This document shows, piece by piece, positions 18,625-28,631 of a DNA stretch of 64,000 bases; within the stretch, counting starts at the first letter, position 1; each line of letters starts with the position of its first letter. The notes under the pieces are model-generated. The model was not told the DNA's origin and made no database searches. It worked only from the letters and a program-made list of their open reading frames with translations. The DNA lies in NCBI GenBank assembly GCA_964535455.1, contig CAZHTZ010000001.1, positions 5,015-69,014 of the forward strand, written 5' to 3'. The translations under genes and the position numbers were made by a program. This stretch comes from an uncultured Caldilineales bacterium. GTDB lineage: Bacteria; Chloroflexota; Anaerolineae; J102.

Positions 18625-19818
18625 CTACACCCAGCGCCAGAGAAGCACGGCGGCAACCAGGGCAAGACTGCCGCCGAAGAGGAAGGGTGCGGCCGGGCCC
18701 AAGCCTGTCCAGCCGCCAACGCCCTGCCACAACACCCCTGCCAGGACGCTGGCAGGAAGCGCCGTCAACCCGATGGCGGCGTTGTAGACCCCATAGGCGG
18801 TGCCGCGCCGCTCTCCGGGCACGACATCGGCGAGAAAAGCCTTGGCGACCCCTTCGGTCAGGGCGTAGTAGGCGCCGTAGGCGACATACAAAAGCCAAAA
18901 CTGCCACGTCTGGCTGGCGCCGGCAAACCCCAGATACACCAGAGCATAGAGCAGCCAGCCGACGACGATGACGAGCCGTCGATCCACGCGGTCGGACAAA
19001 GCGCCCGCCGGCCCGGAGAGCAAGGCGTAGATGAGATTGAACAGCGCCAACATGGCGAGCACCATCACCACCGAGCCGCCGGCCGTCTGGGCCCGCAGGA
19101 TCAGAAAGGCGTCGGTGCTGTTGCCCAGGGTGAAGAGGACGATGACGACGAGAAAGCGGAGGAACCTCGGGTCGAATCCGCTCAGGGTGAGATGTGGCGC
19201 CTCCGCCGTGCGCTGGCGGGCGATCTCACGCACGCCCAGGGCGACGACCAGCACGGCCAGGAACGACGGCACCAGGGCCCAGGTGACGACCTTGCGAAAG
19301 GTCTCCTCATTCAGGAGAATGGCGTTGGCCTGCGAACGCCACACGATGACCATGGCCAGCAGCAATCCGACGAATGCGCCGGCGCTGTCAGCAGCGCGAT
19401 GAAGGCCGAAGCTGATGCCGCGCTGGTCGGGATGGACCGAGTCGGCGATGAGGGCGTCGCGTGGAGCGGTGCGGATGCCCTTGCCCAGGCGGTCGAGAAA
19501 GCGAAAAAGCAGGATGCCCGGCCAACTACGGGCGATCAGGAGCAGCGGCGTTGCAAGGGCGGCCAGGCCATACCCTGCCACTGTAAGATTCTTCCGCTGC
19601 CCCCACCTGTCCGAAAGCCAGCCTGAGTAGATCTTCATCAGACTGGAGGTGGTTTCGGCAATGCCCTCGATCAATCCAATGACGCCGGTCCGCACCGACA
19701 GCACATTCGCCAGGAAAAGCGGCAGCAGGTGGACCAGCATTTCGCTGGCGACATCGCGCAGGAAGCTGGTGAGCGACAGGACCCAGACGTTGCGCGGCAG
19801 AGAGCGAAGAGTAGACAT
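18625..19818 (-). CDS. MFS transporter.
   Basis: The start is MSTLRSLPRNVWVLSLTSFLRD. The protein has 12 TM segments and an MFS-type D-R-x-G-R-R-like loop (SDRWGQRK). Confidence 0.75.
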   Translation of the reverse strand: MSTLRSLPRNVWVLSLTSFLRDVASEMLVHLLPLFLANVLSVRTGVIGLIEGIAETTSSLMKIYSGWLSDRWGQRKNLTVAGYGLAALATPLLLIARSWPGILLFRFLDRLGKGIRTAPRDALIADSVHPDQRGISFGLHRAADSAGAFVGLLLAMVIVWRSQANAILLNEETFRKVVTWALVPSFLAVLVVALGVREIARQRTAEAPHLTLSGFDPRFLRFLVVIVLFTLGNSTDAFLILRAQTAGGSVVMVLAMLALFNLIYALLSGPAGALSDRVDRRLVIVVGWLLYALVYLGFAGASQTWQFWLLYVAYGAYYALTEGVAKAFLADVVPGERRGTAYGVYNAAIGLTALPASVLAGVLWQGVGGWTGLGPAAPFLFGGSLALVAAVLLWRWV

Positions 19819-19876
19819 GGCGATGGGAGGGTGCGGAGAAAGAGCCGTGCCGGAATGCACGGCATTGTAGCACGTC

Positions 19877-19895
19877 AGGCCTCCCGGAGGTCACG
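19877..19895. repeat. Repeat family A, single half-site.
   Basis: aggcctcccggaggtcacg. Confidence 0.4.
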
Positions 19896-20321
19896 CTAAG
19901 CCTGTTCCCACAACTGGATGAGCAGCCGAAACAGGTCGGATTCGGTCACCATGCCCAGCGCACATCCCTGATCATCCACCACAGGGATGCCCCCGATCTT
20001 GTGGTCCAGCATCAACTGCACCACATGCCGCAGAGTATCATCGGCAGCGACGACAATGGCCGGCGCCGTCATGACCTCATCCACCGCCAGCAAGACCTCA
20101 TCGGAATCCGGCGCGTAGGGGCTGGCCGTGTTGCAGACGGCCGTGGCCTCGCGTACATCGCCCAGGCTGATGACGCCAATGACCACATTCTCATCATCGA
20201 CCACCGGCAAACGCCGGATGCCGTGGATTTGCATCAGCGCCGACGCATTCAGCACCGACGCGCCCCAGGCGATGACGACTGCCGGCGCCGACATGATTTC
20301 GCGAACCAGATATGTACGCAT
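19896..20321 (-). CDS. CBS-domain pair protein.
   Basis: MRTYLVREIMSAPAVV... has two CBS motifs. Confidence 0.75.
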   Translation of the reverse strand: MRTYLVREIMSAPAVVIAWGASVLNASALMQIHGIRRLPVVDDENVVIGVISLGDVREATAVCNTASPYAPDSDEVLLAVDEVMTAPAIVVAADDTLRHVVQLMLDHKIGGIPVVDDQGCALGMVTESDLFRLLIQLWEQA

Positions 20322-20382
20322 ACCGCTGCCGTCTCCGAGTCCCTGAGTTGTGCGAAGCCCAACCGCAACACCCACCTGTCTG

Positions 20383-20871
20383 TTAGTTGGCTCCTGTCCG
20401 GCGTTTATGCACGCTTTCCATGGGGCCGCCATTGGCAGGAGATGCCGCAGTCGCTTCCTTTTCCAGGAGTTTGATCAGGCAATCCATGAGGTCGGTTTCT
20501 GTCAAGATGCCGACCAGGTTGCCATTTTGGATAACGGGCAAACCACCGAACTTCTGCGTCCGCATCAACTCCACGGCTGCGATGAGGTCACAGTCGGGCG
20601 CTATCGTCACCGGGTTCGGCGTCATACAGGTTCGCACTTCGATGTGCTCCATGAGATAGCTATCGTACCAGCCCTCTCGAAGCACGTAAGGAGAGTTCAT
20701 TGCCAGGCGCAGGTCGCGGTCGGTGATGATCCCCACCAGCTTCCCCTGGTCGAGCACGGGCAGGCGGCGGAAGTTGCCGCGCCGCATGCGAGCCAGGGCA
20801 GTGCCGATAGATCGATGTGCGCTGATGGTGACAGGGTCCGGTGTCATGACATCGCGAACTAGCATAATCAA
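20383..20871 (-). CDS. CBS-domain pair protein.
   Basis: MIMLVRDVMTPDPVTI... has two CBS motifs. It is in tandem with the previous CBS gene. Confidence 0.75.
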   Translation of the reverse strand: MIMLVRDVMTPDPVTISAHRSIGTALARMRRGNFRRLPVLDQGKLVGIITDRDLRLAMNSPYVLREGWYDSYLMEHIEVRTCMTPNPVTIAPDCDLIAAVELMRTQKFGGLPVIQNGNLVGILTETDLMDCLIKLLEKEATAASPANGGPMESVHKRRTGAN

Positions 20872-20963
20872 TGTCTCCTTCCAGGCATTGTGTCATAGTT
20901 CGCCCCCGCGGAACATGACGCGCATCATGTCTGAGAAGAATTTCCCCTTGCCCGGTCGCGCCC

Positions 20964-22427
20964 CTATGGCGCCGGCAGCGCGAAATCGGCGCCGACGATG
21001 AGCTGGAGATCGATGCCAGTCTGGACCCCGCTGCCCGGCCGGATGTTCTCATCGCCGATCGCAAACTGCTCGACAAGCTGGCTGAAGGTGAACGGCTTGG
21101 CGCCACCGTAGTCGATGATCTGCGTCTGGGCATAGTCGTTGCGGTCGGCGTTGGCGAAACCGGTGACTACGTACCCCTTGCCCGCCAACCATTCGGCCAC
21201 CTGGCGGCCCATTTCGGGATTGTTGGTGCCGTTCAAGACGGCGACCCGGGCCTGCTCGCTCGCCAGTTGCTCGCGCACCGGGTCGACGGGTGTAGGGGTC
21301 GCGGTTGCGGCCGCCGGCGCCGGGTTGAAGAAGGCGTCCACGGCAGGCTTGATGACCTCCATCTGCGGCATCAACACGCTGGCGCCGGAAGGCGTTATCG
21401 TACCGATGGCCATGGTGCGATCGAAAACGAGACGGCGAAGGTTCTGCATGTCCAGCTTGCGAGCGACATTGGCCATGGCGATCTGCTGGCTGACCGGCAT
21501 ATCGGTCTGGAAGGAGTCAGACAGGGCGCTCAAAATGGCGGGCATCCGGGCAATGAGCTGGGGCAGCGCTCCGGCGCTCATCACCTTGTCCTTGATCGCC
21601 ACCATGACCTGTTGCTGGCGCTCCATGCGACCGAAGTCGCTATCGACATGGCGCGTGCGGGCGTATTTCAGCGCCGTGTTTGCATCCATGCAGTAATGCC
21701 CGGCTTTGATAAAGAAGGGGTCGTAGCCGTAGTTGTCATCAGGAAAAGTGGGATCGCTGATGTCCCTGGGGACATCGATTTCGACACAGCCGATCTCGTC
21801 GATGAGCTTGCGGAAGCCTTCGAAGTTGATGCGGGCGTAATAATGGATGGGTTGGCCGAGCAACTCCGACACCGTCTGTATCGCCAAACCGGGGCCGCCG
21901 CCCTCCCGTTTCTCCAGGTCGCCGATCACGTGGGCAGTGTTGATGCGTGAGGGACCTGAGCCAGGGATGTTCACCCACAGGTCGCGGGGAAGCGACAACA
22001 TGCCCACGTCGCCGGTCGAAGGTTCGACCGTGAGCACGATCATCGTATCGGTCCGATAGTAGCCGCGTTCGTTGGGCCGTTGGTCGACACCCAGCAGCAG
22101 GATATTCGTACGTCCCTGCACACTCCACAGTGGGGACAGGATCGGTGCGGTCAGGCTATCGGCGCCCGTCGCATCGGCCGCGTCGACCGCGCCGGCGTCA
22201 GTGGGTTGGTCACCGGCCTGTTGGGCCGCTGCCTCCGCCTGAGCCGCCCGCATCCTGGCGAGCTGAGGCGCGTTGGCGACTACCGAGCGGGTTGTCTGGA
22301 AGAAGAGGAAGGTGGCGTAGCCAAAGGATGCCAGGAAAAGCAATAGGAGGAAACCCAAAAGCAAACCCGAAAGGGCGCTGGGCCGGTTTCTGTTCTTGCC
22401 GTAGGGCGAGGGACGAAGTTGCGTCAT
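20964..22427 (-). CDS. LCP (LytR-CpsA-Psr) family cell-envelope phosphotransferase.
   Basis: N-terminal TM, LCP core ILLLGVDQRPNERGYYRTDTMIVLTV...LSLPRDLWVNIPG, and a C-terminal LytR_C-like region. Confidence 0.85.
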   Translation of the reverse strand: MTQLRPSPYGKNRNRPSALSGLLLGFLLLLFLASFGYATFLFFQTTRSVVANAPQLARMRAAQAEAAAQQAGDQPTDAGAVDAADATGADSLTAPILSPLWSVQGRTNILLLGVDQRPNERGYYRTDTMIVLTVEPSTGDVGMLSLPRDLWVNIPGSGPSRINTAHVIGDLEKREGGGPGLAIQTVSELLGQPIHYYARINFEGFRKLIDEIGCVEIDVPRDISDPTFPDDNYGYDPFFIKAGHYCMDANTALKYARTRHVDSDFGRMERQQQVMVAIKDKVMSAGALPQLIARMPAILSALSDSFQTDMPVSQQIAMANVARKLDMQNLRRLVFDRTMAIGTITPSGASVLMPQMEVIKPAVDAFFNPAPAAATATPTPVDPVREQLASEQARVAVLNGTNNPEMGRQVAEWLAGKGYVVTGFANADRNDYAQTQIIDYGGAKPFTFSQLVEQFAIGDENIRPGSGVQTGIDLQLIVGADFALPAP

Positions 22428-22540
22428 GTGGGTCGGCAGTGCAAGAGACCAGGCGCCGCCAGCGTTGCCCTTTCTGCGGGCCGCGCCTGGTAGCGCCTGG
22501 TCTCTCGGGTCAGGTTATGGGATGGGCGCGCCGGCTTGCT

Positions 22541-24721
22541 TCAACCGGCGTTGGCGATTTGCGGAAGAGGCGTCTGGTAGACCGCCGTGTCCGTGACAAT
22601 GTAGAGATAGTTGGTGTTCTCGTCAACATAGATGCTGCGCATGTCCTTCAGACTACCAGCATGATCGACCGGCGTCAGTTGGCTGAGCAGCTTTCCAAGC
22701 TTGTCGAACACGAGAACGCGGTCGGTCGCTGCATCGCCCAAGAAGAGACGGCCGTCCGGCCCTTCCGCCTCGTTCACCCACATGATAACGGCGTTGCCGA
22801 TGGGGGGATCGATGACGTCGAACGCAAATGCTTCCTGGGCGCGGTTGAAGTACTTGAGCACGGTGCCGTTGGGATGCAGAAGCCAGACAGTGCCGTCGAT
22901 GGCGCTATCTATGACGGAACTGATATTGACTTTGGTTCCCTCTGTGAAATACGGTTCCGGCGGATCGGCATAGCCATCGCCGCTAGACCGGTAGCGCCAC
23001 ACCTGCGAGTTGTTGGTGTCGAGAAAGTAGAGGTTGCCGTTGTAGAACTCCATGTCACGCACGAAGCCGAGCTTGTCGTTGTTCGCCATGGTGACATTCA
23101 CCGGACCGAGACCTTCGACGCTGCTGAACAACTGGTTGCTGCGATCGAGGACCAGTGGTCCTGTCGCCGTCCGATTGCCTGCGGCAGGCGCCCATACCGA
23201 TTGGGCCAGTTCACCGATCCGCCGCCCACCGACATCGGTTCCAGTCTGAATCAGCGCTTCCGGTTGCGTGCCGCTGGCCAGGCGATCGCCCGTGGTCTTG
23301 TCAAGCTGGTAGCGCTCCAGTTTGCCCTGACCCTGTTGGGTATCCAAAACGTAGACGTTGAGGCCGTTGACGTACACACGCGAGGGGTCACGCGTGGCCC
23401 CGTCGAAACTGATGAGCGGAAGGTCAAAGCCACGGAGCAGCGGCTGGATGTGGTTGACTGCGGCCTTGGCAGTGTTCACCTTGTTGCGGAGCGCCAGAAC
23501 CTGCTCGTTCTGCGGGAAGAACTCCGACGCCTGCTGGAGCTGCTCTTCAGCCGCCTTCAAGTACTGGCGCTTCTCGCTCTCATTTTGCGTCTTCTGGGCG
23601 GCGTTATACTGAACTTCGACTCCCGTGAGGTACTGGTCGAAGAGTTTCGCCCGCTGTTGATTCTGCACATACCAGACACCGCCGGTGATGAGCAGGATGG
23701 TCGCGGCCAGTGCGCCGACAATAATCAGGACAAAGGGGATACGACGAGAAGGCGCCCCCGCCTTTCGAGGAGCAGCGCCACGCTCGGGCGCAGCCTCACG
23801 GGGCGCGCTGGGTGCGCCGCGGTCCGCAGTGCTGCCGGCGGCGGCGCCGCCCATGGCTGCGATCTTGCCTTTCAGGCCGAGACCCGTCTTCTTGGCAGGG
23901 AGCGCCTCCGAGCCATCGGCGATGCCTTCCCCCGCCGTCAAGCTGTCCGCGTCAGTCGTGACCGGCATGGTCTGCGGCGCTCGCGGCGTCGGCGACGTCG
24001 CTGCCATCACCGCTGCCGGGGCCGCCTCGGCGCCCTTCGCCCTGGAAGACGCTGCCAGCGCGATCACGATCAGGGTCAGTTCTTCTTGCATGTTGATGCC
24101 GACACCGGCCAGTTGGTCGGCAACTGCCTGCGCCCGCGGGACGGAGGTGGCTTCGCGCATCACCGGCACTTCAAGATGGGCGGCCCAGGCGCTGTTCATG
24201 GCCACAATCACGTTGCCAGGCTGGCCGGGCACGCGACCGATCTCAATGGGGGGCGGCGCCTGCTCGCCCAGAGCAAGGTAGCGTTCGTTGTTGAGCGGAG
24301 AGAACCACTGCAAGCCGGCGGCGCTGCGCACTGCCAGGATGGTCGGACCTGCCTGCGCCGAGACGATCTCGGCGCCCGTCACGGCCAGACAGGTGGCGCC
24401 GCCGCTGAAGCGGGTGTTGTGATAGAGGTTGTACTGTTGGATGGATGCGTGTGCGGCGCGCAGGGCAGCCGTGAGCGCTGAGGCGACGTCGCCACTGTGG
24501 TAGTAATAGGTTTCCTGAATCGTGCCGAGCAGGTCCCGATAGAGCCGGCCGCGTCCCTGGTCGGGACCTGCCAGCTCAACCAGAATGTAGAGGTTGCCTT
24601 TGCCTTCCGCAGGCGCAATGCCGGCGTCAGGCTCGATCACACGCACAGTGGGGGCGCTGCGGTCGCGATGGCCGCCAAGCAGGTTGAGGATACTAACGTC
24701 AGTTTGCAGTGCTTGGGACAT
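22541..24721 (-). CDS. Hypothetical membrane-anchored protein with an N-terminal PP2C-like fold, a TM helix, a coiled coil and a C-terminal beta-propeller-like region.
   Basis: The N-terminus (GNLYILVELAG...FSGGATCLAVTG) resembles a PP2C/SpoIIE fold. TM segment is RIPFVLIIVGALAATILLITGGVWY. The C-terminus has repeated NGNLYFLD/DGRLFLGD blades. This is inference from sequence patterns only. Confidence 0.6.
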   Translation of the reverse strand: MSQALQTDVSILNLLGGHRDRSAPTVRVIEPDAGIAPAEGKGNLYILVELAGPDQGRGRLYRDLLGTIQETYYYHSGDVASALTAALRAAHASIQQYNLYHNTRFSGGATCLAVTGAEIVSAQAGPTILAVRSAAGLQWFSPLNNERYLALGEQAPPPIEIGRVPGQPGNVIVAMNSAWAAHLEVPVMREATSVPRAQAVADQLAGVGINMQEELTLIVIALAASSRAKGAEAAPAAVMAATSPTPRAPQTMPVTTDADSLTAGEGIADGSEALPAKKTGLGLKGKIAAMGGAAAGSTADRGAPSAPREAAPERGAAPRKAGAPSRRIPFVLIIVGALAATILLITGGVWYVQNQQRAKLFDQYLTGVEVQYNAAQKTQNESEKRQYLKAAEEQLQQASEFFPQNEQVLALRNKVNTAKAAVNHIQPLLRGFDLPLISFDGATRDPSRVYVNGLNVYVLDTQQGQGKLERYQLDKTTGDRLASGTQPEALIQTGTDVGGRRIGELAQSVWAPAAGNRTATGPLVLDRSNQLFSSVEGLGPVNVTMANNDKLGFVRDMEFYNGNLYFLDTNNSQVWRYRSSGDGYADPPEPYFTEGTKVNISSVIDSAIDGTVWLLHPNGTVLKYFNRAQEAFAFDVIDPPIGNAVIMWVNEAEGPDGRLFLGDAATDRVLVFDKLGKLLSQLTPVDHAGSLKDMRSIYVDENTNYLYIVTDTAVYQTPLPQIANAG

Positions 24722-24971
24722 GGTAGGCCTTGGGGGAAGGAGGGAGGAGCATGGGGGTCGAACCGGTTGCGTTGCCGTGCGTTCCTGCGTATGAGGCACC
24801 AATAATCAGCACAATTGACCAGACACGACGATAAGTCTGATACTTGTTACGATTGTACACAAGTGGCGCGGCCAGAGCAAGGGAACGGAACTGGTAGGGT
24901 GTGCTTTGTGGCGCCGTTTGCCTTGTGGTAGGATGCAACCGAAAATTTGTTCTACGCGTGTGGCCGTTGAA

Positions 24972-26165
24972 ATGCTTGAATTGCGCAAATTGGTCGACAA
25001 GCTGGAAGTGATGGGCCAAGAGGTCGCGCGGCGTGAAAACCGGTATGCCGACCTCGCCGGTGAGGCCCGCGACGTGTTGGCGAGCACGCAGGTCGATGGC
25101 GAATTGCGTGCGAAGATCGAACAGGCCCTGGCGGTGGATTCGAGCTGGCGCGGCGCCGAGCCTTTAGAGGACGTTCTGGACGTGGCGCACCGCCCGCTGA
25201 TGGCGCCCGAACATGCCACCCTGGTCGCTGTCGATGGCTCGCAGATCTATCCCGACCGCCATGGCTCGGCGCTCTACTACCTCATCAACATCGGCTCGAT
25301 CCGGCTGCGCCAGGGTAGTGGGCAGGCGCCGATCACCGACACCTTGCCCGAGCTCTGCTTTACCGAAGAGGAGATCTACGAAAACGGGCAGGATCTGGTC
25401 TCGACCGACCGCGTCAACGCCCGCCGCGACCTGGCCGAGATGAAGGCCCTGGCACGGCTCACCTGGGAGGAGCAGGGCCAGGAATCGGAGCGACTGGTGG
25501 TGGCGATCAAGGACGGGCAGTTGATCCTGTGGATGAGCGAACGGGAGGCGAGCAGCGCCGACTCGAAGCTCGAGGGCGACTACATCGAAGAGCTGCAGGC
25601 CATCCAGCGTGCAGGCGGCGTGCCCGTGGGCTACGTGGCGCGCCCCCGTTCTGCCAATGTCGTCCGTCTCCTCTGGGTGGCAGGTCTACGATCCGAGGCC
25701 ATCACCAAGGAAACCGTGCGGGAACACAAGTACCGCGCCCTGACCGATCGCACCCTCTTCACCGGCAGACTTGGTTCCAACCAGCGTTCGGCCCTGTTTG
25801 TCAACACGTCCAAGGCCAACCGCGGAACCTTTGCCCCGGCCGGACAGGCCATCTGCTTCTTCTATTTGAATGTGGCGCGTGCGGATGAGCGCCTGTCCCA
25901 GATCGCCCGCATCGACGTGCCGCAGTGGGTGGCCGAACAACCCGACTTGTTGGATCGGGTGCAGAACGCCGTCTACGCCGACTGCGGTGGTATGGGCTTC
26001 CCCTACGTGCTGAGTCGCGCCGACGAGCTGGCCGTGGTCTCACAGATGGAAAAGCGGGATCTGGATGCCCTGTTGGCGGTCGCCGTAGCTCAGGCTACAG
26101 GCGACATGCCTGAAGTTTCGGTCAAGGCTCAGCAGAAAGAGCGCACGCGAGGATATGTACACTGA
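24972..26165 (+). CDS. nurA: NurA-family 5'-3' nuclease.
   Basis: ATLVAVDGSQIYPDRHGSALYYLINIGSIRL is the NurA catalytic D-G-S region. The stop overlaps the next ATG (TGATG at 26163-26167). Confidence 0.75.
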   Translation: MLELRKLVDKLEVMGQEVARRENRYADLAGEARDVLASTQVDGELRAKIEQALAVDSSWRGAEPLEDVLDVAHRPLMAPEHATLVAVDGSQIYPDRHGSALYYLINIGSIRLRQGSGQAPITDTLPELCFTEEEIYENGQDLVSTDRVNARRDLAEMKALARLTWEEQGQESERLVVAIKDGQLILWMSEREASSADSKLEGDYIEELQAIQRAGGVPVGYVARPRSANVVRLLWVAGLRSEAITKETVREHKYRALTDRTLFTGRLGSNQRSALFVNTSKANRGTFAPAGQAICFFYLNVARADERLSQIARIDVPQWVAEQPDLLDRVQNAVYADCGGMGFPYVLSRADELAVVSQMEKRDLDALLAVAVAQATGDMPEVSVKAQQKERTRGYVH

Positions 26166-26764
26166 TGGACGAAGCGATGGTCACGGTGGGACGGGTGCTG
26201 AACAGCACGACCACCACCTTCACTTTTGGCTATAGCCAGCCGGATGTGCCGCAGCCGCCGTTTGGCTCCCTGGTTTGGGCGGAGATGGGCGCCGATCGCG
26301 TCTACGGTCTGGTGTATCAGATCATCGTCCGCGATGACGCCTTTGTCCGCCAGATCGTGGCGGCGGCGGATAGTCTGACCGAAGAACGCATCCAGGACCT
26401 GCGCCAGCGCCGCCAGGTGCCGGTGGAAGTCACGGCCCTGGCCATCGCCTGCCGGCAGAATGGTCAGGTCTATCAGCGCATCCCACCCGCACCTCCGGGC
26501 GCCTTGCAGCCCATCTATGCCTGCCCGCCCGCCGAGGTGCGCCGCATCATCGACCGCGGCCGCTACGACTATTTCCGCACTGTTTTGAACAACCTGGAGT
26601 GCCCGGGCGAAGAGTTGGTGGCAGCCAGCCTGCGCCTGGCAGCCGCCTGCCAGCCCGCTGGACAGGATCAGGCCTTGTTGCTCGACGCCGGTCGCGAGCT
26701 GGCCCGTCTGCTGGCCACCGATCTGCCCCGGCTGGACGCCATCCTGCGCCGCCTGGCTTCCTAA
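26165..26764 (+). CDS. Hypothetical 199-aa protein with an N-terminal HAS-barrel-like segment, translationally coupled between nurA and herA.
   Basis: VTVGRVLNSTTTTFTFGYSQ...GSLVWAEMGADRVYGLVYQII resembles HerA HAS-barrel N-domains. The remainder is helical. There is no known-family motif. Confidence 0.55.
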   Translation: MDEAMVTVGRVLNSTTTTFTFGYSQPDVPQPPFGSLVWAEMGADRVYGLVYQIIVRDDAFVRQIVAAADSLTEERIQDLRQRRQVPVEVTALAIACRQNGQVYQRIPPAPPGALQPIYACPPAEVRRIIDRGRYDYFRTVLNNLECPGEELVAASLRLAAACQPAGQDQALLLDAGRELARLLATDLPRLDAILRRLAS

Positions 26765-26796
26765 ACCGCCTTTGCTTCCCTGGTTCGAGACCTGCC

Positions 26797-28626
26797 GCGA
26801 TGGACGACTACGCGAATCCGGATGCTTTTTTCTCGTCATTGCGCGATGATGATCCCCCGGGGATAGTCGATCACTCACCCGCTGGCAATGATGCCTATCT
26901 TTCGGCGCTGCGCCACACGGGTCCTGCCGATGAGACGGCCCGCCACCTGGGCCAGGTAGTCGCGGGCGCCCTGAGCAGCGGGCTGGACGTACGGCTGGAC
27001 CGTGACCGCGCCCTCGAGGACCTGGCCGTGGGCCGGTACGTCGTGATTCGCGTGGGGCAACGGCTGTTCTTCGGCATGATCACCGACATCACGCTCGACA
27101 GCACCAATCCCGCCTTCGAGAAGACGCCGCCCGACCTGTCTAGCGAGTTCTTGCGTCAGGTCTATCTGGGCACCAGCACCTTCGGTCTGGTTCACGTCAC
27201 GCCGATGCTGCTTCTCAACCTGGATGACTTGAAACCGAAGCCGGTCAAGACCATTCCCGGCCACTATGCCGACGTCTCCGCGGCGTCGCCCGAAGAAGTG
27301 GGCTACGTCTTCGGCGAGGAAGGCAGCCGCAAGGATGCCGATGGCAAGACCGCCACCTACTTTCATGTCGGCGAGCCGCTGGACATGGAGGATGTCAAGA
27401 TCACGCTGAACCTGAACCGGCTCGTGGAGCGCTCGTCGGCGGTGTTCGGCAAGTCGGGCACCGGCAAGACCTTCCTCAGCCGGATGTTGCTGGCAGGCGT
27501 GATCGAACAGGACGTGGCCGTCAACCTGGTCTTCGACATGCACAACGAGTACGGCTGGGAGGGTGCGTCCGAAGGCGCCACCACCAAGGTGAAGGGGTTG
27601 AAGCAGTTGTTCCCCGGCCGGGTCGTCATTGCCACGCTGGACGACGAAAGCAGCCGCCGGCGCCAGTCGAACCCGGACTTCACCGTCACCCTGGGCTATG
27701 AGCACATCGAGCCGGAGGACGTGGAGATGCTGGCGGGCGTCTGGAACCTGAGCGAGGCGCAGGTCGGGGCTCTGGCGGTGATGCGGCGTCGCATGGGGCC
27801 CACCTGGTTGAAGAACTTCATGGAAGACGGCTGGGTGGACGCCTACCGGAGCGAAGACGAGGAAAGCGGCAAGGTATTGATGGGCATCAAGGCCCTGGCC
27901 GATGACCTGGGCCAGCCGATGCAAACCCTGGACGCCTTGCGCCGCCGCTTCGAGAAACTACGTCGCTACGCCTTCATTCAGGAGGGTGCGGAAGACGCTG
28001 TGGGCCGCATTGTCCAGCACCTGCAGGCAGGAAAGCACGTCGTCCTGGAGTTCGGGCGCTATGGCAGCGACCTCGATGCCTACCTTCTGGTCGCCAACTT
28101 CCTGACCCGGCGCATTCATCAGAGCTATGTGAAGTCGAAGGAGGCGGCCCTGGGTGAGAAGAGCCGGGAGCCGCGGCCCCTGGTCATCACCATCGAGGAA
28201 GCGCACAAGTTCCTGGAACCGGCCATCGCCGCCCAGACCATTTTCGGCACCATCGCCCGCGAGCTGCGCAAGTACAATGTCACGCTGTTCATTGTCGACC
28301 AGCGCCCCAGCGGCATCGACTCCGAGGTGATGTCGCAGATCGGCACCCGCGTCACCCTCCTGCTGGACAACGAGGAAGATATCCGGGCTGTATTCATGGG
28401 CGTCAGCGGCGGGGCTGAGCTGCGCCAGGTGCTGGCGCGGCTGGAGAGCAAGGAACAGGCCCTCATCCTTGGCCATGCCGTTCCCATGCCTGTCGTGATC
28501 AAGACGCGACCCTATGACCTGGACTTCTACAAAGCCGTAGGTTATGTGGACGACGACGAGCTGCAGGCGCGCCTGCAGCAGAACACCGCCGAGATACGCG
28601 GTCGCCAACGAAACCGGTTGGAGTAG
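26797..28626 (+). CDS. herA: HerA/FtsK-superfamily ATPase (DUF87/HerA helicase-like).
   Basis: Its own HAS-barrel-like N-terminus (GRYVVIRVGQRLFFGMITDI), Walker A AVFGKSGTGKTFL, Walker B LVITIEEAHKFL. Confidence 0.8.
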   Translation, partial: AMDDYANPDAFFSSLRDDDPPGIVDHSPAGNDAYLSALRHTGPADETARHLGQVVAGALSSGLDVRLDRDRALEDLAVGRYVVIRVGQRLFFGMITDITLDSTNPAFEKTPPDLSSEFLRQVYLGTSTFGLVHVTPMLLLNLDDLKPKPVKTIPGHYADVSAASPEEVGYVFGEEGSRKDADGKTATYFHVGEPLDMEDVKITLNLNRLVERSSAVFGKSGTGKTFLSRMLLAGVIEQDVAVNLVFDMHNEYGWEGASEGATTKVKGLKQLFPGRVVIATLDDESSRRRQSNPDFTVTLGYEHIEPEDVEMLAGVWNLSEAQVGALAVMRRRMGPTWLKNFMEDGWVDAYRSEDEESGKVLMGIKALADDLGQPMQTLDALRRRFEKLRRYAFIQEGAEDAVGRIVQHLQAGKHVVLEFGRYGSDLDAYLLVANFLTRRIHQSYVKSKEAALGEKSREPRPLVITIEEAHKFLEPAIAAQTIFGTIARELRKYNVTLFIVDQRPSGIDSEVMSQIGTRVTLLLDNEEDIRAVFMGVSGGAELRQVLARLESKEQALILGHAVPMPVVIKTRPYDLDFYKAVGYVDDDELQARLQQNTAEIRGRQRNRLE

Positions 28627-28631
28627 CAGCC

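Noticed and set aside
17090-18907. 605-aa extended reading of the UMF1 MFS gene. The same issue arises for 60142-61482, 58239-60389, 5905-6585, 13875-14741 and 49184-50323.
   Set aside because: The N-terminal extensions read through intergenic hairpin or tandem repeats and produce Arg/Pro-rich, non-conserved sequence. Internal Met starts give proteins of family-typical length with proper N-termini.
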